From assembly GCA_963808235.1 (NCBI GenBank), contig CAWEEQ010000004.1, forward strand, positions 992,001 to 1,056,000: DNA of 64,000 bases, read 5' to 3'. The stretch is from an uncultured delta proteobacterium (lineage in GTDB: Bacteria; Desulfobacterota; Binatia; Binatales; Binataceae). Below, in pieces: positions 19,055 through 29,359 of this stretch (the first letter of the stretch is position 1; every line of letters starts with the position of its first letter). The position numbers were made by a program, and so were the translations under genes. The notes under the pieces are model-generated. The model was not told the origin of the DNA, did not search any database, and saw only the letters and a list, made by a program, of their open reading frames with translations.

Positions 19055-20386
19055 TTGGGCATACACAACCTCGTTGTCGCCGACCGGCGGACCACCGCTC
19101 AGAAACATCGGTTTCCGCGACCGTCGCGGCTCTCGAGGCAGGTGGTTATTGCCCTGTTCGCGCTGACCGCGACGGTGGTTTGTACGGGGTGCGTACCGCC
19201 TCAGTTGTTGACGCTGAGCCCGATCCTTTTGCCGCTGCTAGTCTTCCCGCTTCTTCTCTCCGGCCTATTCTACGGGTTTCTGGTCGGGGATGGATCGGGA
19301 TTTTCTCAAGTCGAAGCCCTGTTCGTATATGGCCTCTTCGGAGTTTACCTGGCGCCTTTCCTGAAGTACGTTACGCTGCTTACACGACGGGGACGCGCTA
19401 GTGTGGAGAAAGGGAAGAACCCTCTGTGGGAACACGCATACGCGGTTTCCGTGATAGACGCGGCGCTGAGTAGCTTGATCGTCCTGGGCTGCGCGAGTCT
19501 GGCCAGTTTGTACGACCAAAGTCTTCCTCCGGCGACTTACTGCGCGCTGGTAGCTTTCATTGGATTTTTCATTCTCAATTTGGGTTACAACTTTACGCGC
19601 GACGAGAAGCAGGCATTGGTCCGGGATTTTGGGAGCGATGATGCGGATCGCGAAAGTCGATTAGCTGAAGAAGGGACATTGCCGGCAGAACGGCTCGGCG
19701 GCGGAGCAAACCAGGAGGTATCGCCAGAAGTCACTCGTGCGATTAAGGAAGCGACCCCGCCGTTGCTTCTCTGGAAGACTGGACAAATTCACTACGTTCA
19801 CTTCATCCTTGCGCCCTTTATAACGGTTATGATTTGGCTGTTCGCAAAGCCTCATCTCGATATTCTGGTTTTGAACCTGGTTGTATTGTTTTCTCTGTTG
19901 GGCGTGTCAATTTTTATTCATGCCATGGTCAAAGCGTTCATTATGGCGTCGGGCAAGGTTCCGCGATTGGACGGCGCGAGTACCAGCGAATACACCCGGC
20001 TGTATCTATACCTCAGCAGAGTCCGCCTTCTCTTTCTGTACGACAATTGTCACGACCTCGCGATTGTCGCGATCCTGGGGTTCTGCGGTGGCGAGCTCCT
20101 GGGACAGCGTGACCTCGTATCAATCGTAAGACCGCTGGTCATGATAGTTCTGTGCCTTGGTGTTTTCTCGGCTTTTCTTCCTTTTTACTGGGGACAGAAG
20201 GTGGCCCTGGAGTCGGTCGTTGATGCAGCTGCTTCCGACTACAACGCCCGGGAGGCATTGCGCCGCGCTTTGTTGAAACGGGCGCCTCTTTATCCAAAAG
20301 CTCTGCCGCTGACACCTCTTCTTACCGCACTTGGTGCGGGCGGTTGTCTGACCTTCTTCGTAAAGCAGTTTCTTGGGACGAGCTAG
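19055..20386 (+). CDS. Multi-pass membrane protein of unknown function
   Basis: Long ORF with many hydrophobic helices, atypical low-GC codon usage; start uncertain. Confidence 0.7.
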   Translation: MGIHNLVVADRRTTAQKHRFPRPSRLSRQVVIALFALTATVVCTGCVPPQLLTLSPILLPLLVFPLLLSGLFYGFLVGDGSGFSQVEALFVYGLFGVYLAPFLKYVTLLTRRGRASVEKGKNPLWEHAYAVSVIDAALSSLIVLGCASLASLYDQSLPPATYCALVAFIGFFILNLGYNFTRDEKQALVRDFGSDDADRESRLAEEGTLPAERLGGGANQEVSPEVTRAIKEATPPLLLWKTGQIHYVHFILAPFITVMIWLFAKPHLDILVLNLVVLFSLLGVSIFIHAMVKAFIMASGKVPRLDGASTSEYTRLYLYLSRVRLLFLYDNCHDLAIVAILGFCGGELLGQRDLVSIVRPLVMIVLCLGVFSAFLPFYWGQKVALESVVDAAASDYNAREALRRALLKRAPLYPKALPLTPLLTALGAGGCLTFFVKQFLGTS

Positions 20387-20428
20387 TGCCGGAATAAAGA
20401 TTCGGTGGTTTCTTCACTGCGCTCAGAA

Positions 20429-20546
20429 TGACGCGAAATTGGGCGCGGCGATTCGAAACCGGAACCGGCTTCGATTGCGCGAAGCTGTCCGGAGGCCAGA
20501 AGCCAGTTCCATTGCGCGAGCGTCGCGAGCTTCGGTCAGGAGGACA
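20429..20546 (+). repeat. About 117-bp direct repeat, copy 2 (adjoins a family-B REP)
   Basis: Closely matches 18762-18878. Confidence 0.9.
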
Positions 20547-20838
20547 CATCGGCGCGAAGTCCGAGGTCCTTCCGTTGCGCGAGCGTCGCTCGCTTCGGTC
20601 GGGGTGACACGAGCAAGGGAGCGCATTTGTTCGGGAGATGGTGCTGGGAAACATTTTGATTGGGTGTTGTACACAAAAAGCGTGCATACTGTGCCTTGGG
20701 GAACATGGGGCTCGTTCGGTAACGATGCTGGTGAGTCTATGCTCGTCTTAACACGCTGCGTGGCTGCTTCGTCCGTTTGCCATTGAGGATGCCTAGTATG
20801 GGCGGATGCTACGGGTTCGCGCGCGTCGAGGGGAACCA

Positions 20839-23757
20839 ATGCGCCCAGCTTTGCGGGCTCGCGCGATCATATCGAGTGTGCTTCTTGGCGCTGCGATCGC
20901 GCTCGGTACAGTTTGGGGAGTCTTGCGCGCGGGCGACGGCGACGTCATCGCCGACCGGGTGCTCGGGCAGATCGATTTTACCAAGACGGCGGTGAATTTC
21001 GTCGATTCGACCGGATTCGACGCACCGGCCGGAGTTGCGATCGACAAAGCCGCGAACCACGTCCTGGTCGCCGACACGCAGAACAACCGGGTACTCGGCT
21101 GGAAGAGCGAGTCGGCGTTCGCCTCGGGGGGGCCCGCCGACCTGGTGATTGGGCAGCCGGATTTCAATTCGTCGCGATGCAATCAGAGCGCGACGCCGAG
21201 CGCGGCGACGTTGTGCGGGCCGGTCAGCGTGGCCGTCGACTCGGCGCATCGCGTGTACATAAGCGATACCCAGAACAATCGTTTGTTAGTATTCAGCGAT
21301 CCGTTCGCGTCGTCAGTGAGTAGTGGATTTGCGGCCGGATGGGTATTCGGGCAGGGCGGGAACTTTGCGGCCAATTCGGCGAACGCGGGCGGTATCGGCG
21401 CGAACGGCCTTAACAGTCCGCAGGGTGTTGCGGTCGACGCGAATGGAAATCTGTTCGTCCTCGACGCGGGCAACAATCGGGCGCTGATATATTTCTCGCC
21501 GTTTCCGATGACGGCGATCGCCGGGCCGCCGGGGAATTTTGGCGACGCGACCGCGGACCTGGTGTTTGGGCAGGCGGGCTTTACCGGCAGTGCGTGCAAT
21601 GGCGGCGGCTCGATGACGCTCACCTCGCTGTGCATGTCGCCATTCACCGGGGCAGGACTCGCGCTCGACGGCGCGGACAATCTTTATATTGCCGATACGG
21701 AAAATAATCGCGCGCTCGAAATCAACGGGCCGTTCGGATTAGGCCAGCCCAACAACCTGACCGCGGACCTGGTGTTCTCGGGCAACAGTCTCGCGTTGCC
21801 GTCGGGCGTCGCGGTCGATTCGGTGGGCAATTTTTACGTGTCGTCGGAGCAGCACAACCAGGTTTATGAGTACACGCAGCCGGTCCCGCTCAACAGATCG
21901 GACCTGCTCAATATCAAGATTGGTCCGGGGGCGAATAATCCGAGTGCGTCGACGCTGCAATTTCCGATGGGACTTGCGCTCGATGCGACCGACAATCTCT
22001 ACGTCGCCGACCAGGCCAACAATCGCGTGCTCAAGTACATCGAGGGCAGCTCGCCGAGCAACGAGAACGCCGACGGCGCGGGCGGGCAGCGCGACACCAG
22101 CCATAACGCGCCCAACTACGTGGAGGCGATTGGAAACGACCTGCCGGCTGGTATCGCGATCGACCCTTCGTCGGCGCCGCCGCATCTGCATTTGTACGCG
22201 GCTGACACGTCGAACAATCGAGTACTGGGATGGGACGACGCGTTGTCGTTCACGGCGGCCAGGCCGGCCGATATCGCGATCGGACAGCCCGACGTTTTTT
22301 CCAATAAGTGCAACAACGGGATCGCGGCTATCGACGTGTCCGGGCTTGGCGCGGACAGCCTGTGCGGGCCGCGCGGGGTGAGCGTCGATGCAGCCGGAAA
22401 TCTCTACGTCGCGGACGCGGAGAACAATCGCGTGCTGGTCTACAACACGCCGTTCGACCCGAGCAGCGGCGAGCCGGGCGCCGGCGACGGAATCGCTGAC
22501 TTCGTTTATGGGCAGGCGGGAAGCTTCACCAGCCGGACCTGCAATCTCAAATCGGTCGGTGCGACGACGCTATGCAATCCGTTGGCGGTCGCGGTCGACA
22601 TTGGGCGCAACATCTATATAGCCGACGGAGACAACAGCCGGGTGCTCGAATTCGCGCCGCCGCATAATCCGCCGGTCAATTCAGATGCGATCGCGAACCG
22701 CGCATACGGGCAAAGTGGAGTGTCGGATTTTACTGACGCGATCTGCGCCAATGGGCAGGGCGGGAATCCGGCGCCGAGCGATCATGGAATGTGCAATCCG
22801 GGCGGTCTCGCGCTCGACGCGAGCGGCGATCTGTTCGTCGCTGATTCCGGCAACAGCCGCCTGCTGGAAATCGACGCGCCGCTGACCGGCTCGCAGAGTG
22901 CCGTGCGGGTGTTCGGGCAGGGTGACGATTTCACTGCTTCGGGATGCAATCGCGGTGCGCCGGAACCGGGCGCGGCGACATTGTGCGCGCCGGCGGGACT
23001 CACGCTCGACGTGCTCGGCGATCTGTATGTCGCCGACGTGAACAACGATCGGGTGCTCGAGTACGCGGCGCCATTCGGATCGGATCCGGCCGCCGCGATG
23101 GCGATAGGGCAGGGCGATGCGGGCAGTTTCACGACTTCGGGATGCAATCGAGGAATCGAGCCGGCTGACGTGCTCGGACTCGGCGCGGACAGCCTCTGCA
23201 TGCCCGCCGCAGTGGCCGTCGACGCGTCGATCGATCTCTATGTCGCCGACTCCGCGAACAACCGGATCCTCGAGTACGACCAAGTCGTCCCGCTGCCGAC
23301 TCCCACGGCCACCGCGACTGCGACTGCGACCGCGACGCCGACCGCATCGGTATCGCCGACTGCGACCGCCACTCCGACCGCGACCGCATCCGCCACGCTG
23401 ACTGCGACCGAGACACCCACCGCCACGCAGACACCGCGCATCGGGGGAAAACTCAAGCTCAAGCCCAAGTCGATCAATTTCGGAAAGGTGCGCGTCGGCA
23501 GTACGTCGACGAAGCATACGGTGCAAATCAAAAATGCGGGCACCGTCGCGCTGACCGGCGCGGTCGCGATGCCCGGGGCGCCATTCCCGGTCAGTAGCGG
23601 GGGCGGAATGTTCAGCGTCGCTCCGAAGGGTTCGCAAGCGGTGACGATTCAATTTGTGCCTATTTCAGCGGGATTGGTGAAGGCTACGGTCAATATAACC
23701 AGCAGCGACCCGAAGCATCGGACGGTGGTAGTGAAGCTCAAGGGTACCGGGCAGTAA
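20839..23757 (+). CDS. Secreted NHL-repeat beta-propeller protein with Thr/Ala/Pro linker and C-terminal Ig-like (ASH/choice-of-anchor D-like) domain
   Basis: Signal peptide; many P.GVAVD..GNLYVAD..NNRVL repeats; INFGKVRVG...IKNAG...VKLKGTG. Confidence 0.9.
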   Translation: MRPALRARAIISSVLLGAAIALGTVWGVLRAGDGDVIADRVLGQIDFTKTAVNFVDSTGFDAPAGVAIDKAANHVLVADTQNNRVLGWKSESAFASGGPADLVIGQPDFNSSRCNQSATPSAATLCGPVSVAVDSAHRVYISDTQNNRLLVFSDPFASSVSSGFAAGWVFGQGGNFAANSANAGGIGANGLNSPQGVAVDANGNLFVLDAGNNRALIYFSPFPMTAIAGPPGNFGDATADLVFGQAGFTGSACNGGGSMTLTSLCMSPFTGAGLALDGADNLYIADTENNRALEINGPFGLGQPNNLTADLVFSGNSLALPSGVAVDSVGNFYVSSEQHNQVYEYTQPVPLNRSDLLNIKIGPGANNPSASTLQFPMGLALDATDNLYVADQANNRVLKYIEGSSPSNENADGAGGQRDTSHNAPNYVEAIGNDLPAGIAIDPSSAPPHLHLYAADTSNNRVLGWDDALSFTAARPADIAIGQPDVFSNKCNNGIAAIDVSGLGADSLCGPRGVSVDAAGNLYVADAENNRVLVYNTPFDPSSGEPGAGDGIADFVYGQAGSFTSRTCNLKSVGATTLCNPLAVAVDIGRNIYIADGDNSRVLEFAPPHNPPVNSDAIANRAYGQSGVSDFTDAICANGQGGNPAPSDHGMCNPGGLALDASGDLFVADSGNSRLLEIDAPLTGSQSAVRVFGQGDDFTASGCNRGAPEPGAATLCAPAGLTLDVLGDLYVADVNNDRVLEYAAPFGSDPAAAMAIGQGDAGSFTTSGCNRGIEPADVLGLGADSLCMPAAVAVDASIDLYVADSANNRILEYDQVVPLPTPTATATATATATPTASVSPTATATPTATASATLTATETPTATQTPRIGGKLKLKPKSINFGKVRVGSTSTKHTVQIKNAGTVALTGAVAMPGAPFPVSSGGGMFSVAPKGSQAVTIQFVPISAGLVKATVNITSSDPKHRTVVVKLKGTGQ

Positions 23758-23958
23758 GAAGCGCGTGGATGTGATTCTATTTGCTACAGTGTTTTTCCTT
23801 GCGCCAAAACGCGCATGATGGTACTCATTCCCCTGTCCGCGATCATCTGACCACATACCTGATTTGGGGGAATCCCGGCGCCCGCCGCGCCACTTTCGGC
23901 GTCTTCGCTATGAGGTCATAGACGGTCGAGGCGTTTTTCTCGAGGGGAGGATCGTTTC

Positions 23959-26900
23959 ATGGCCAGGGGGACTTCTTCGGTTTCGCGCCACGCGCGGATC
24001 ACGCTCGGGTCGATGGTTGTCGCGGCGACTGCGGTGGTCGCAATCGTAGTTGCTTCATCGAGTCCGGCGAAATTCAAATCACAAATCGCAGCCGCGAACG
24101 TGCAAAGCGCGGCTTCCGATTCGGCTGCCGATAGCGCTGCGATCCAGGCCGAGGAGATCGCGAAGGCCAAGGGCATGATTGCCTCGATGCCGACTTACTT
24201 CGAGGCGAATCGCGGCCAGACCGATCCCAGCGTCCGCTATCTCTCACGCTCGGGACGATACTCGATGTACCTCACCGACGATGCGACGGTCATCTCGATG
24301 GTCGGCGGGACGATTCACAAAAGCCCGCTGCTCGCGAGCTCGAAACTGCAGGCTGAGAAGCTGGTCGAATCGGCGGTGCGAATCCGGATGGTCGGCGCGA
24401 ATCCTCATCCGAAGGTCACAGGCCTGGAACCGCTGCCGGGGCGAATCAACTATCTGATCGGCGATCAGTCGCACTGGCATAGGAACATTCCAACTTACTC
24501 GCGGGTGAAATTCGCGGGCGTCTATCCGGGCGTTGACGTGATCCATTATGGAGTCGGCGACACGCTCGAGGACGACATCGTGGCGGCGCCGCACGCGGAC
24601 GCGTCGCGAATCAAACTTGGGATCGAAGGTAACGCTGATACGTTGATCGACAAGGACGGCAATCTGCAAATTTTGACGCCGGCCGGCGTGGTGGCGATGC
24701 GCAAGCCGAGCATCTATCAGCGCAACCACGACGGCAGCCGCACTTCCGTCGCGGGCTCGTTCGCGCTGTCGAAGGCATCCACGATCGAAAAGGGCGTGCG
24801 ACGACGCGAGGTCGCGATTCAGCTCGCCGCGTACGACCATTCGCGCGAGCTGGTGATCGATCCGGTGGCATCGATCCTGATTTACTCGACCTTCCTGGGC
24901 GGCGGCGCGCAGAACCAGGGCCCGGTGAACCTCGAGCAATTCGGCGGAGTGACCGGCGGGAATGCGATCACGGTTGCGGACACTGGATTGGACGTCGCGC
25001 TCGACTCGACCAATCATGCCTACGTAACCGGCACCGTATACTCGACTAATTTTCCGACTTCCGCGGGCGCGTTCCAGACCACGCTCGGCAGCGCGGGCGT
25101 GGGCTCGACGCCGAATCAGAATCCCAACGCCTATGTCTCGAAATTTGACACCACCGCGGCAGGCGCGGCGTCGCTTGCCTACTCGACCTATATCGGCGCC
25201 GAGGGTAACACCACCGCGCAGGGCACCGGAGACGGCGACCTGGCATTCGGTATCGCGGTGGACGCCAGCGGACAGGCGTTCATCGTCGGGCAGACCTACT
25301 CGGGCAACGCAAATTCGAGCGGGCCGGATTTTCCCGGGGTCGCCTCGTGCGGAACGTTCGGCACCACCGGAAAGAATAACGGCGGCGCCGCGAGCACCAA
25401 CGTCGGCTTCGTAAGCAAAGTGGCGTCGAACGGCGACTCGCTGATTTTTTCCTGCTATATCCCCGGTTCCGAAAACGCCACCGAGTCCCGCGTCGTCCTG
25501 TACCCGGCCGGATGCGGGACCACTACCTGCCAGGCCTACATATCGGGCTCGACCCAAAGCACGGCCGCCCAGGGATGGCCGGTCACCGCTGCGACTGCAT
25601 TCCAAACGGATCTGCTGGCCACCGGCGGCAAGAGCAACGCGACTTTTATCGTGTTGCATCCTGACGCTTCGAAACTCGACTACGCTACCTACTATGGCGG
25701 GAGCGGCAACGGCACGAACGCGGATGCCGGGATCGCCGTCGCGGTTGACGGGAGCGGTAACGGCTACATCACCGGCGCGACATTCTCGAGCGACTTGACG
25801 ACCAAGAACGCCGCATTCACTACCTATGACGGCAATGTGCAATCTCCGCCGACCAGCAACGCCTTCGTCGCTGAATTCAACCCGAACAATACGGGAGCCG
25901 CTTCGCTGATCTACGCCACCTACCTTGGCGGCACCGGCGCGAGCGGCACCATCACCATCACTTCCCCGATATCGCAAAAGATTACGATCAACGTCGGCGA
26001 CATCGGCGATGGAATCATCGTCGATCCTACTACCGGCATCTGGGTGAGCGGTCTGACCGCATCGCTCGACTTTCGCGGCATCCCCGGCAACACCGGCACT
26101 TCCTTCCAATCTCACAACGAAGCCGGAAGCCATACCGATTGCTCCCCCGATAACACCGCGAATCCTCCGGCCACGGCTGTCTTCGCGATGCAACTAAAGA
26201 CGGCCAACGCCGGTTCGGCTCAGGTTCAATATGCCACCTATTTCGGTGGATGCGGCGTCAGGGTGACCGTGCCACCGCCGTTTACCGCAACCGGTTCGCT
26301 CGGATTCGGAGACGCAGGCATCGATCTGAAAGTGCTCGGCAGTAAGATCTACCTTACCGGCGCCACCACCAGCGGCACCAGCGCGGGACATGATTTCCCG
26401 CTCAGCAACAACGCGAAAGCCTGCAACACCCCGTTCCGTCTCGATGACAATCAGAGCGCCGGCCTCGGCATCGGCAATTTCTCCAATATCGTCCCGCTGG
26501 TGGCCTTCGCCAGCGAGCTCGATACCTCGCAGAGTACGCTTGCGAACGAGCTGGTTTTTTCGACCCTGTTAGGCGGGTCCGGGTTAGCCGATATCGGTGG
26601 AGGTCTCGCGGTCGACTCGAACGGGAACATCGTGGTGGCGGGACTCACCTATTCAACTGACTTTCCGATCACGCCCAATGCGTTCCAGTTCAAAAACAAG
26701 GGCAACAATCATAGCTCGACCAACGCATTCCTGACCGTGATCGATCCGACCGGGAGCACCTGTCCGACCCCGTTCCCAACCCCGACTGCATCTCCGACCT
26801 CGACCGGCGTGACGCCGACGCCAACCCCGACCGCGACTGTAACGGCGACCGCATCTGCAACGGCGACCGCGTCCAGGACGGCGACAGCAACCGCGACCTC

Positions 26901-27744
26901 GACTGCAACCGCAAGCAGGACGGCGACAGCAACTGCGACATCGACTGGATCAGCAACGCCGACGGCTACTGCAACCGCAACCAAGACGGCGACAGCAACC
27001 GCGACATCGACCGGATCGGCGACGCCGACCGCAACTGCGACTGCAACCAGGAGTGCGACCGCAACCGCGACGTCGACCGGATCGGCAACGCCGACGGCGA
27101 CTGCAACCGCAAGCAGGACGGCGACAGCAACCGCGACATCGACTGGATCGGCAACGCCGACGGCGACTGCAACTGCGTCCAGAACGGCGACAGCAACTGC
27201 AACGTCGACTGGATCGGTCACGCCGACTGCAACCGCAACTGCGTCCAGGACGGCGACTGCGACCGCGACATCAACTGGATCGGTTACGCCGACCGCGACT
27301 GCAACGGCGACCAGAACGGCGACGGCAACTGCAACGTCGACTGGATCGGTAACACCGACCGCAACCGCGACTGCGACCGCAACGGCAACTCACACGGCGA
27401 CGGCGACTCCAACCATGACTCCAACCGGAGTGCCGCCGCATATCACGGTTGAGCCGCGCAAACTAAAGCTGAAGACCACCGGCGACGCGGCAGTGGACGG
27501 AGAATTCGTGGTCGGCAATACCGGCTCGAGTCCGCTCAATGTGACCATAACCGGGCCCAAGCATAATCCGCCATTCTCGATCTTTAGCGGCAGCGCTTTC
27601 ACGGTCGAGCCGAGCGCGCAAAGCACCGTGATAATCACCTTCGCGCCGAGCAAAAAGGGCACCACGGATGACAAGCTCAATTTCAAGAGCAACGATAAGA
27701 AACATCCGAAGATAAGGGTGAGCCTGATCGGAATATCGAAATGA
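23959..27744 (+). CDS. Secreted SBBP-repeat beta-propeller surface protein with long Thr/Ala linker and C-terminal Ig-like domain
   Basis: FEANRGQTD, NYLIG, VYPGVD, YDHSRELVIDP, YSTFLGG, IAVD..G..YITG.T.S repeats. Confidence 0.9.
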   Translation: MARGTSSVSRHARITLGSMVVAATAVVAIVVASSSPAKFKSQIAAANVQSAASDSAADSAAIQAEEIAKAKGMIASMPTYFEANRGQTDPSVRYLSRSGRYSMYLTDDATVISMVGGTIHKSPLLASSKLQAEKLVESAVRIRMVGANPHPKVTGLEPLPGRINYLIGDQSHWHRNIPTYSRVKFAGVYPGVDVIHYGVGDTLEDDIVAAPHADASRIKLGIEGNADTLIDKDGNLQILTPAGVVAMRKPSIYQRNHDGSRTSVAGSFALSKASTIEKGVRRREVAIQLAAYDHSRELVIDPVASILIYSTFLGGGAQNQGPVNLEQFGGVTGGNAITVADTGLDVALDSTNHAYVTGTVYSTNFPTSAGAFQTTLGSAGVGSTPNQNPNAYVSKFDTTAAGAASLAYSTYIGAEGNTTAQGTGDGDLAFGIAVDASGQAFIVGQTYSGNANSSGPDFPGVASCGTFGTTGKNNGGAASTNVGFVSKVASNGDSLIFSCYIPGSENATESRVVLYPAGCGTTTCQAYISGSTQSTAAQGWPVTAATAFQTDLLATGGKSNATFIVLHPDASKLDYATYYGGSGNGTNADAGIAVAVDGSGNGYITGATFSSDLTTKNAAFTTYDGNVQSPPTSNAFVAEFNPNNTGAASLIYATYLGGTGASGTITITSPISQKITINVGDIGDGIIVDPTTGIWVSGLTASLDFRGIPGNTGTSFQSHNEAGSHTDCSPDNTANPPATAVFAMQLKTANAGSAQVQYATYFGGCGVRVTVPPPFTATGSLGFGDAGIDLKVLGSKIYLTGATTSGTSAGHDFPLSNNAKACNTPFRLDDNQSAGLGIGNFSNIVPLVAFASELDTSQSTLANELVFSTLLGGSGLADIGGGLAVDSNGNIVVAGLTYSTDFPITPNAFQFKNKGNNHSSTNAFLTVIDPTGSTCPTPFPTPTASPTSTGVTPTPTPTATVTATASATATASRTATATATSTATASRTATATATSTGSATPTATATATKTATATATSTGSATPTATATATRSATATATSTGSATPTATATASRTATATATSTGSATPTATATASRTATATATSTGSVTPTATATASRTATATATSTGSVTPTATATATRTATATATSTGSVTPTATATATATATHTATATPTMTPTGVPPHITVEPRKLKLKTTGDAAVDGEFVVGNTGSSPLNVTITGPKHNPPFSIFSGSAFTVEPSAQSTVIITFAPSKKGTTDDKLNFKSNDKKHPKIRVSLIGISK
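26944..27385 (+). repeat. 66-bp (22-aa) intragenic tandem repeat TGS(A/V)TPTATATASRTATATATS
   Basis: Units start at 26944, 27010, 27076, 27142, 27208, 27274 and 27340. Confidence 0.92.
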
Positions 27745-27794
27745 TCGTTGCCGGGCAGGCGCGCTAAGCGCGCGCCGAATCAAATCGCGCGCAA

Positions 27795-27827
27795 AGAGGG
27801 GCGGCCGAACAGCCGCCTCTCTTTTTT
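27795..27827 (+). terminator. Intrinsic terminator
   Basis: AGAGGGGCGGC-cgaaca-GCCGCCTCTCT followed by a T run. Confidence 0.75.
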
Positions 27828-27871
27828 CGCTTGTGAGTTTTTCAGTCCCTAACAGACTCCGCGCCCTCTCT

Positions 27872-27998
27872 TACGATTGTTCCCCTTCCACTAGGGGAAG
27901 GGGTTAGGGGTTAGGTTTGCACGCGTCGTTCGCAAAGCACGCATCGCACGCGTGCGCTTTCCTTATGTCATTCTGAGCGCAGCGAAGAACCCGGATCT
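27872..27998 (+). repeat. Composite REP: family A (27872-27917) + linker + family B (27966-27998)
   Basis: Same arrangement and a similar linker (TGCACGC.TCGTTCGCAAAGCACG) as 574-747. Confidence 0.85.
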
Positions 27999-28180
27999 TT
28001 TTCGACGCTCGCCATCACCACGCCCTGCTGACATTCAGTCAACACGCGCATCGATTCTCCCTCTCCGCGTAGGCCCGCGGCGTCCCATTAGCAACGTTAA
28101 TCTTCCGGATCGCCACGAAAGTTCAGGGATGAACTGTTCAGCCTTATGGCTTCCGCGATCGCGGCGCACAATGCCCCTCG

Positions 28181-29332
28181 ATGGAAGACCTCATTACACG
28201 CACCGGCGGTGAGCGCGATACGCGGGCGGGCAAACTGATTCCTTCGTTCGTGATCGATACCGCCGGTGCGCCCGCCTCTCAAAAGAATCCCGGAGCCGAC
28301 CAATCCGATCCGTCGGCGCCGGAATGGATCGAGCTGCTCCCGGCCGGGATCTTTTTCGGACGCGACGGCCGCGGACCATTTCGGCTCGACGATCCGGACG
28401 CGGTTATCGAATCCACCGAGGCGCTGCAGATGAATGCGGGCCTGCCGATCGACTACGACCATGCGACCGATTTCGGCGCGCCCGAAGGCCGCCCGGCGCC
28501 GGCCGCGGGATGGATTCGCGAGCTTGCGGTGCGCGACGGAGCGCTCTGGGGGCGGGTCGAATGGACCGCGCGCGCGGCCGATTCGATCGTCGCGCGCGAG
28601 TATCGCTACGTGTCGCCGGTATTCCAGTTCGATCCAAAAAATGGCGCGGTTACCCGTCTCTTGCGGGCCGGTCTGACCAACAATCCAAATTTGCATTTGA
28701 CCGCAATTGCGGCCGCTGAAACGGCGGCCGTCAAGGAAGTGACGATGGAAGTTCCAAGCAATGAAATTCAGGAACTGCGCGAGTTGCTCGGTCTCGACGC
28801 GGACGCGTCGGGCGCCGCCATGATCGCGAGAGTTCGCGAAATATGCGCGGCGTCACGAGCCCCGCAGCTCGCGGCCGGAGCGCATGCGCACGACCCGGCG
28901 CATTACGTGGCGATCGCGGAATTCGAGCGCGCCCTTACCGAGCTCAACGCGCTCAAACTGGAGCGCGCGCGTGAGCGCGCGGCGCACACCGTCGAAGACG
29001 CGATTCGCGCCGGAAAAATCGTGCCCGCACAGCGCGAGTGGGCAATCAGCTACTGCGCCGCGGACCCGCGCGCCTTCGCCGCGTTCGCGAAACGGCAGCC
29101 GTCGATCCTGGGCGGCGATTTGGGACTGGGCGGCGAGCCTCCCGTCGAACGACGGCTCGGGATGCTCAGCGCGGCCGAACTGGTCATTTGCGCGCAGCTC
29201 GGACTCAAGCATTCGGAATTTATTCAACGCAAACGCGGACGCGCCGATTTTCTCAAGCTCGAGCGCGCCGATGCCGATGGCCGCAGCGCGGAATTCCGCA
29301 ACCCCGATTCCCTGAACGACAATCAGGACTAA
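28181..29332 (+). CDS. Mu-like prohead protease/scaffold (gp32, I/Z)
   Basis: WIELLPAG, PIDYDHA, APAAGWI, VEWT, EYRYVSPVF, GLTNNPNL; GKIVPAQREWA in scaffold part. Confidence 0.95.
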   Translation: MEDLITRTGGERDTRAGKLIPSFVIDTAGAPASQKNPGADQSDPSAPEWIELLPAGIFFGRDGRGPFRLDDPDAVIESTEALQMNAGLPIDYDHATDFGAPEGRPAPAAGWIRELAVRDGALWGRVEWTARAADSIVAREYRYVSPVFQFDPKNGAVTRLLRAGLTNNPNLHLTAIAAAETAAVKEVTMEVPSNEIQELRELLGLDADASGAAMIARVREICAASRAPQLAAGAHAHDPAHYVAIAEFERALTELNALKLERARERAAHTVEDAIRAGKIVPAQREWAISYCAADPRAFAAFAKRQPSILGGDLGLGGEPPVERRLGMLSAAELVICAQLGLKHSEFIQRKRGRADFLKLERADADGRSAEFRNPDSLNDNQD

Positions 29333-29359
29333 TCGAATCGAAATCGACAAGGTGAAAAG

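Noticed and set aside
24244-26193. Long antisense ORFs (also 7-591, 56365-57729, 61867-63525 and others)
   Set aside because: Shadows of real genes on the opposite strand in high-GC DNA, with no motifs
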